A stretch of DNA of 64,000 nucleotides, taken from positions 135,248 through 199,247 of the forward strand of contig CAZMIZ010000001.1 in NCBI GenBank assembly GCA_964566925.1, written 5' to 3'. Below the pieces are notes generated by a model that saw only the letters and a program-made list of their open reading frames with translations, ran no database searches and was not told where the DNA came from. The DNA is from an uncultured Gammaproteobacteria bacterium. GTDB taxonomy: Bacteria; Patescibacteriota; Microgenomatia; PFEM01; DATLAM01. The first letter of the stretch is position 1. Each line of letters starts with the position of its first letter. Positions 58,456 through 64,000 of this stretch are shown one piece after another. The translations under genes and the position numbers were made by a program.

Positions 58456-58475
58456 AATAGAAAGAGGAGGTTTCA

Positions 58476-59561
58476 ATGGCTGAAGCAATTACCGAAACAA
58501 TGGGGCCAGGTCTGGCTTTTAGAAGAGAGACTCCGGAGAGTCAGGCCCTTAAAGGTTTAGAAGCGAAGATTGGGAGAATAAAAGAAAGAGTTTCTTTTTC
58601 AGACCTGCAACAAAGACTAAAAAGTTTTATTAAAAAAGATATCAGCAATGATCCGGAGATAGAAGGCATAAGTCAACAATTATGGGAAGTAGTTGATGCC
58701 AGGCTTAGGAAAGAGGAAGATCATTTAAAGACAAATGATCTTCCCAGGGTGTTTCGAGAAATGGTAGGAAGTCTTTTGCCCGGAGCCTCTCTCGAAGGTA
58801 AAGAGCAACTCCAAGAATTATTGGTTAAACTTTCTGAGTTTGAAGCAAGGGGAGTTATGGGAGAATTAAGCCCCGATCCTCAAAAAGCTTTTGAACAACT
58901 TTCAGGTTTAATTTTAGGAAAAGAAGATGGAGAGCAATTCGTTAACACCATGACAGAGGTGGCCGCTGCAACAGAAAAGCCCTATCCAAAACCGAAACCA
59001 CCCAGTCTTCCTACCGGAGAAAAAGGTTTTTTTGGGAAAGGTAAGGGCCCGGGTCTTAGATATTATAGATTGATGGTTATAGGGATTGCTCTGATGACCT
59101 GTTGCGCCGCTCAAGGAGCTTGTCCTGGTCTAAAGATGTATCTTGATGTTCGAGGAAGAACGGAGGCAGATTCGGGTACCGAGGCCCAAGAACAAGCCGG
59201 GATTAACCAGGCGGCCCTAGATGTAGTTGATGGAAGATATCCTTATGAATGGCTAGAAAGAAGTGAAACCTTAAGGGGAGAAGAAGGAGAAGAGTTTGCG
59301 AGAAGTGTTCTCGAAAGAACTCGAGACTTGGTCATGGCGGACCCAAATCGGTTAGACCAAATGGATGCCGCCTGGATTGGCCGCCTCATCCATGAGTACG
59401 GGGAAGAGGAAGGCTATAATCTAATTTTTAATCTTGATCAGGTTGATGATTTAGAAAAACGGGATCAAGTAAGCCAATATTTATCTAGTGGGCGGTACGA
59501 AAGTTCTTCTCCTCCAGGCGGTAGCAGAGAAGCAAGCCAGGGAAGCAATGGCAGCGGTTGA
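58476..59561 (+). CDS. hypothetical protein with central TM helix
   Basis: 361-aa ORF, 20 nt downstream of the previous gene. Contains CCAAQGAC next to its TM helix. Confidence 0.45.
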   Translation: MAEAITETMGPGLAFRRETPESQALKGLEAKIGRIKERVSFSDLQQRLKSFIKKDISNDPEIEGISQQLWEVVDARLRKEEDHLKTNDLPRVFREMVGSLLPGASLEGKEQLQELLVKLSEFEARGVMGELSPDPQKAFEQLSGLILGKEDGEQFVNTMTEVAAATEKPYPKPKPPSLPTGEKGFFGKGKGPGLRYYRLMVIGIALMTCCAAQGACPGLKMYLDVRGRTEADSGTEAQEQAGINQAALDVVDGRYPYEWLERSETLRGEEGEEFARSVLERTRDLVMADPNRLDQMDAAWIGRLIHEYGEEEGYNLIFNLDQVDDLEKRDQVSQYLSSGRYESSSPPGGSREASQGSNGSG

Positions 59562-59642
59562 AGGGCAACGCCAAGTTAGAACCAAGGTAATGGCCAAGAA
59601 AGCAGATTTGAGAAGGAAAACTTCTTTTGGACAGAAAAGGGT

Positions 59643-61034
59643 TTAAATTCCCGCCGCTAAACCGCCAATAAGTGGTAATCTCCCAATCACTCCGCGCAGA
59701 GTTTGACCAGCCGCGGCAAACATTGGTGGACCAGGCCTTTTTTCAAAAGCCTGATCAATCATGTCGGGGACAGAGGGAGAGATTAAAAGAATTCCTAACC
59801 CAATAATATTAGGAATAATGCTTGGGTCTGTAAAGATATCAGCAATCATTCTCGGAGCCTGGAGGTCGCTCATGGTAACCTGAACATTCCAAGAAGGCGC
59901 CTGACTTATAATTGCCCCTATGGCTAAGACTCCATAAACAGCTGGAAAGGCCAAAACCGATTTGATTAAAGTTTTAAGCCACATCCAGGTCACATTGCCT
60001 CTTCCCGGAATGGCTGAAAAAAGGAGCAAAATGGGCCCAAAAATCGTGGCTAAAAGAAAAGTCACGTAGCGGCTCAAAAGGGCGAAGAAAAGTTTAAACA
60101 TGGTAAAAACCACGACCAAGGCAATAATAAAAGTAAAAATAGAACCACCGCCACCCGGTATGATGGAAAGAATGCCCTCAACCAGCCTGACTAGCGCTAA
60201 AAGTCCTGTTGGCGGGATTGAGATTTGTTGGGGATTAAAACTTAAACCGCCAAAGGCATCATTAAGGAGCTCAAAAAGATTATAATTCCCTGGCGGGTAA
60301 GCAAGAGCCGCACTTTTAATTAAAGTGTTAATCAAGGCCAGCCCAAACTCCATCAGATCGAACATTAGTCCAGCCAAAGCGTAACTGAAGGTAATCAAAA
60401 GAAGAGCAATTACTAGTTGAGGTAGGGCACTTTGAATTGAAGCTACCGTTTGAGGATCAATTTTGGCCCGAAACATAATCATAAAACCGACGGCAACGAA
60501 GATGATAACCAAAAAGAGATAAGCTAGGCTTCGGAAAAGTTTCCAAAGATCAAGGATGGGTTCAAGAGCATGCCAGCCTGTCCCCTGAGCGTAGGCTGGC
60601 TTGACTAAACCTAGATTTTGACCCAGATCAGCTAAATAATCAACCGATGAAGCCGGAGGAGAAGAATAAAGTCCATTAACCAAGGCGATGGTTCCATCTA
60701 AAGCACTAGTGCCCGAAGCTTGTCCTTCAAGAAGCGGAACACCTGTCAGGGCATGAGTGCCGGCATTTCCCGCCTTGTCTACCAAAAAACGAGTAAATTG
60801 ACCGAGATTGATGTCTTCTGCTTCGTACTCTTCTTTTATTTCTTGGAGAAAAGTTGGTAATTGGCCTTCAGAGGGAACATCAACCGGACTTGGAAGATAG
60901 GCGGCCTGAGCGATTTTAACCAAAGGAATAATTAAAAGGAAAAGGAGAAGAGAAACAAAAACTATTTTTCGGTTGAAATTTTTGGGCAGCGACATAACTG
61001 CTTTTAAGTTAACATCATTGACTGTTTTTTGCAA
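59643..61034 (-). CDS. polytopic membrane protein, VirB6/TrbL-like candidate
   Basis: 463 aa with a signal-like N-terminus and about 8 TM helices. The size, topology and T4SS gene neighbourhood suggest a VirB6/TrbL analogue. The assignment rests on topology and context and carries no sequence-family evidence. Confidence 0.4.
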   Translation of the reverse strand: MQKTVNDVNLKAVMSLPKNFNRKIVFVSLLLFLLIIPLVKIAQAAYLPSPVDVPSEGQLPTFLQEIKEEYEAEDINLGQFTRFLVDKAGNAGTHALTGVPLLEGQASGTSALDGTIALVNGLYSSPPASSVDYLADLGQNLGLVKPAYAQGTGWHALEPILDLWKLFRSLAYLFLVIIFVAVGFMIMFRAKIDPQTVASIQSALPQLVIALLLITFSYALAGLMFDLMEFGLALINTLIKSAALAYPPGNYNLFELLNDAFGGLSFNPQQISIPPTGLLALVRLVEGILSIIPGGGGSIFTFIIALVVVFTMFKLFFALLSRYVTFLLATIFGPILLLFSAIPGRGNVTWMWLKTLIKSVLAFPAVYGVLAIGAIISQAPSWNVQVTMSDLQAPRMIADIFTDPSIIPNIIGLGILLISPSVPDMIDQAFEKRPGPPMFAAAGQTLRGVIGRLPLIGGLAAGI

Positions 61035-61043
61035 GTGGTTTAT

Positions 61044-63851
61044 TTATTCCTCCTCTGGATTTAAGGCTTCCAAAACCCATTCTTTTGCCTTTTGAATGCC
61101 GCCTAAATGAGGGAAATAGAATTTCCAGGGTTCGCCTGGGGTGATCGAACCCCCAGTGTAACTGTAGTTAATGTAGCTATGGGCATCAAGGTCTTCAAAA
61201 GTTGACTCGGTTTCCGGCCGGAAAATGTTAAAAAGCCCCTGGAAAGAATCGGTAGTCTGTTCCCAGATTTGGTCAAGATAAGGATGAAGAAGGTCGACCT
61301 TAACATCCCGGTGAACATGGCGGGTTTCGACATTGCGACATTCAGGGTTAAGGAGGTCTCTTTCGCCAGTGGCCGGATCAGTAAACCAAACACAAGGGCC
61401 GGTGTAGTTTGGGTTTTCGAACTGATCAACCGCCTTCAGGTCAATAAAAATCGGATCACAGCAGATGGTGTCATTCGGATTATTATCGCTGACACTTTCA
61501 TATTCACAGGCTGGATAAGGTATTGGTTCGGCCAGACCGCATTCACGTGGCTCAGGCATTGGCCCAAGACTGCCACAGCAGGCGGTTCCATTTTCATCTA
61601 AGGTCATAGAGCAACCACCCGAGACAACATAATGAAGATTAATATTCTCTGTAGTTACAGAGACATTGACGTTAGCACCTGGATCGGTGGGACAGCTAAA
61701 ATAATAGGTCATGCTTGGACCAAGAACATTCATAAACCCAACTTGCTGGCCGTTAATATAGGTGTGGAGGTGACCACAGCCGTGGGCGTCGATAACCACT
61801 GTTCCTGATCCTCCAGAACAACAGATAGCCCTAATGGCTAAGTTGCAACAACAGTCGCCATCGGGGTCGCAAGCATCCCATTCTCCCTGGGCCAAAAGGG
61901 TTTTTTCGCCTAGAACCTGAGGATTGCTCGAAGCTAGAAGAATTTTTTCTGATGCTTCCTCTTCCTCCTCCTCCACCCAAGGAAAGAGCAGTTTTTGAAG
62001 CTCTTGGGTGACTTCAAAAAGTCGGGCGAGATGGGGCACTTTTTCTTCCTGGACAGGCGGAATGACGTCAGCAATATCCTTTCTTTTGACATTAACCGAG
62101 GCAATGACTTGACCAGGGGAATCTTCCCGGGTAAACATCGGGACGGCCGCCCAAAGTTTTCCAGAAGGAGTTCTTTTCCAGCTCTCATAAGCTTTTTTCC
62201 AGTCTTCGTAGTCGTCTGGCTTGGCTTTAACCGGTAGTTCAGGCGGAGGCTGGATTTCACTTAATTGCATTGAATAACCACCATGTTCGATGAGGTAGTC
62301 ATGGATAATCTCGGTGCCTTCTTTAATGTTGCCAGAGAGACTCTTTTTAGCCCGGTCAATCATTTCGTTTTTAAGCTCATCTTGGAGTTCTTTAGGCGCG
62401 AGTTTTCTGAAAACGCCTCCTTCCATCACTGAGCGCTCAACTTCTTCTTGACAAGTTCCTTTTTCTTCACAACTCTCAAGATCGATATCTTGACCATAGT
62501 AGAAGGCAGTACCCTCAAAATAGTCAGCTAAATATTTTTGAACATCCTCTTCGCCCTTTTTACCCACAAAAGGAACGGTGACATCATTGGCATCAATGGT
62601 AATAATGCCGCCCCAGTCTTTTTCAACCCAATGTTCACCAGTTGGTTCACAAACAAAGTCCGAGTCCTCCCATTTCCAGCTGACGGTATCATGGACCGCA
62701 AAAGTGGTGGCGCAGGCATAGGTTAAAGGCGGCTCTAAAATACAAGCATCACAAGGGAGTGGACGGGAATCAGAGTCGCCTCCTTCAGAGGGGGTACAGG
62801 TCATCCCAAGAGCCCCTCCATCATACATGTAAATGGTTCCCCCGCCAAAAGTACTTAGTTCTAAGATGATGATTTTCCCGTCGGCGGTGATGATGACCAA
62901 AAGGGTAATGTCTGGGTGGCCATCACCATCCAAGTCAAGGAAAAAAGAAGTGGTGATAAATTGAACGTCAGGGAAAAGGTCGTGGTTAGCCATAAACTCC
63001 TGAATAATCCCTTCCATAATTTTGACCCATTGCTTTAGATCTTCTTTATCTTGGAGTAACCCACCATGATAAAGAGGGCCCAATTCGGTGATGATGAAAT
63101 TGTTGGGAACCCCTCTTTCTACTAAAAAATCAATCAATTTTTGGTATTGTTTAGAGACCGCTTGGGCATTTTCGCCATAGATGGTTAAGGCGGCTCCATC
63201 AACCAGATCAGCGATAGTCAGATTACCGGAAACCACGGTATTCAAGATGGTATCCAAAAAAGGAAAATCTACTTGGCCTGTGTGGGTAGCCATTGGCGGA
63301 ATTAAGATATTAAAATTTCGATCTGAAATACCCGCGCCCAAAATAAAAGAGGCTAAGCTGTTAGCGAAACTCTTAGCATCAGCCGAACCACCCCACTCAT
63401 AAGAAAGATCCGGCTCATTACCAAAATAAACATTGACTGGTTCGGAAAACTGGATTTGGCTGAGGGCCCAGGCTAGGGTTTCGCCTGCCACTTGAGCTTT
63501 TTGGGGGGAAATTCTCGTCCAACCTTGGCTGGGGCTAAAGTAATCAGAGGAAACCCTGATAATGGGGATGAGATTGTTTTCTTTCATTGCCTGGAGGTTT
63601 TTGAGAAGACTTTCTCTATTCTGAGGGCTAAGATCGGCCGTGCTATAGATAATGGTAACCGGGATTGAATAACCAGCACAACCGTATTGGTCATATTGGT
63701 TTCTAATTTGATCGTAATTTGAGGGATCAATATTGCCGGCAATCTTGGGGCCGACAACACCGCAAGTTTGGGCCAAAACTGGAGAGGGGATAAGCTGCCA
63801 ACCGAAGAAAAAAACGAAAACGAAAAAGATAGTTAGGCAGGGTTTTTTCAT
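61044..63851 (-). CDS. secreted large Cys-rich protein with N-terminal glycoside-hydrolase-like (NEPD motif) domain
   Basis: Signal peptide MKKPCLTIFFVFVFFFGW...A, VYFGNEPDL (a clan GH-A-like acid/base motif), and C-terminal Cys-rich modules (CDPDGDCCCNLAIRAICCSGG). Confidence 0.5.
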   Translation of the reverse strand: MKKPCLTIFFVFVFFFGWQLIPSPVLAQTCGVVGPKIAGNIDPSNYDQIRNQYDQYGCAGYSIPVTIIYSTADLSPQNRESLLKNLQAMKENNLIPIIRVSSDYFSPSQGWTRISPQKAQVAGETLAWALSQIQFSEPVNVYFGNEPDLSYEWGGSADAKSFANSLASFILGAGISDRNFNILIPPMATHTGQVDFPFLDTILNTVVSGNLTIADLVDGAALTIYGENAQAVSKQYQKLIDFLVERGVPNNFIITELGPLYHGGLLQDKEDLKQWVKIMEGIIQEFMANHDLFPDVQFITTSFFLDLDGDGHPDITLLVIITADGKIIILELSTFGGGTIYMYDGGALGMTCTPSEGGDSDSRPLPCDACILEPPLTYACATTFAVHDTVSWKWEDSDFVCEPTGEHWVEKDWGGIITIDANDVTVPFVGKKGEEDVQKYLADYFEGTAFYYGQDIDLESCEEKGTCQEEVERSVMEGGVFRKLAPKELQDELKNEMIDRAKKSLSGNIKEGTEIIHDYLIEHGGYSMQLSEIQPPPELPVKAKPDDYEDWKKAYESWKRTPSGKLWAAVPMFTREDSPGQVIASVNVKRKDIADVIPPVQEEKVPHLARLFEVTQELQKLLFPWVEEEEEEASEKILLASSNPQVLGEKTLLAQGEWDACDPDGDCCCNLAIRAICCSGGSGTVVIDAHGCGHLHTYINGQQVGFMNVLGPSMTYYFSCPTDPGANVNVSVTTENINLHYVVSGGCSMTLDENGTACCGSLGPMPEPRECGLAEPIPYPACEYESVSDNNPNDTICCDPIFIDLKAVDQFENPNYTGPCVWFTDPATGERDLLNPECRNVETRHVHRDVKVDLLHPYLDQIWEQTTDSFQGLFNIFRPETESTFEDLDAHSYINYSYTGGSITPGEPWKFYFPHLGGIQKAKEWVLEALNPEEE

Positions 63852-63854
63852 TTA

Positions 63855-64000
63855 TTTAGGAATTTCGAACTCCGTGACCTCAACTCCAGTAAACTCTTTA
63901 ATAAATTGAAGAATAAACCAGGCAATGATTACCAAAACTAATCCTAAAATTGCGTAGGTGATGGTGTTTTTGGCTGATTCGGTTCCTTTCGGGTCGCCGG
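63855..64000 (-). CDS. small membrane protein, C-terminal fragment (pilin/VirB2-like?) running off the window
   Basis: The minus-strand frame ends ...AKNTITYAILGLVLVIIAWFILQFIKEFTGVEVTEFEIPK*, a hydrophobic helix plus a short tail. Confidence 0.3.

Noticed and set aside
1-64000. Alternative genetic code (UGA recoding, as in some CPR lineages)
   Set aside because: The long uninterrupted ORFs under the standard code, the conserved proteins that end at their expected lengths, and the frequent TAA/TGA stops at gene ends all argue for standard code 11.

Overview
This is a gene-dense window of about 45% GC with short intergenic regions. The gene content is typical of a Candidate Phyla Radiation (Patescibacteria)-type bacterium, and no rRNA, CRISPR array, transposase or integrase was found. 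The window contains the chromosomal replication origin (42.1-45.4 kb). Its gene order is rpmH-rnpA-yidD-yidC-jag on the minus strand, then dnaA-dnaN on the plus strand, with perfect DnaA boxes (TTATCCACA) in both the dnaA-upstream and dnaA-dnaN spacers. rpmH (L34) is missing from the ORF track and was found by hand at 42469..42606. Housekeeping genes are metG, valS, tsaD, truB, thpR, groES-groEL, rnhA, a Ctc-type L25, a PP2C phosphatase, the C-terminus of a UvrD-like helicase and a candidate tRNA-Cys(GCA). There are two envelope glycan clusters. The first (6.1-12.8 kb) holds a GT2, two ArnT/PMT-like GT-C transferases, a WecA/MraY-like GT4, a UbiA-family prenyltransferase and NnrD. The second (34.3-40.2 kb) holds an SDR epimerase fused to a large extracytoplasmic domain, a Wzx-like flippase and an O-antigen-ligase-like protein. 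The region of most interest is 45.4-64 kb, a type IV secretion-like membrane apparatus locus. It encodes a VirB4 ATPase whose N-terminal domain and ATPase core are separate in-frame ORFs divided by a single TAA. It also encodes a 1227-aa polytopic protein ending in an M23 peptidase domain, a PrgI/VirB3-like protein with a C-terminal CarbopepD_reg-like domain, a VirB6/TrbL-like polytopic protein, and a 935-aa secreted Cys-rich protein with a glycoside-hydrolase-like (NEPD) domain. A pilin-like gene fragment sits at the window edge, and 1102-aa and 361-aa proteins of unknown function are transcribed divergently. Two four-helix-bundle genes of the 23S-rRNA-IVS/Avd-like family lie inside this locus, each bracketed by short inverted repeats. 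Other points: 7-bp tandem repeats, whose length is not a multiple of three, sit inside three genes, two of which make surface glycans. Several TTGACA-17/18-TAGAAT-type promoters carry operator-like palindromes, including one on groES that is not CIRCE. A roughly 200-nt promoter-proximal leader precedes valS.
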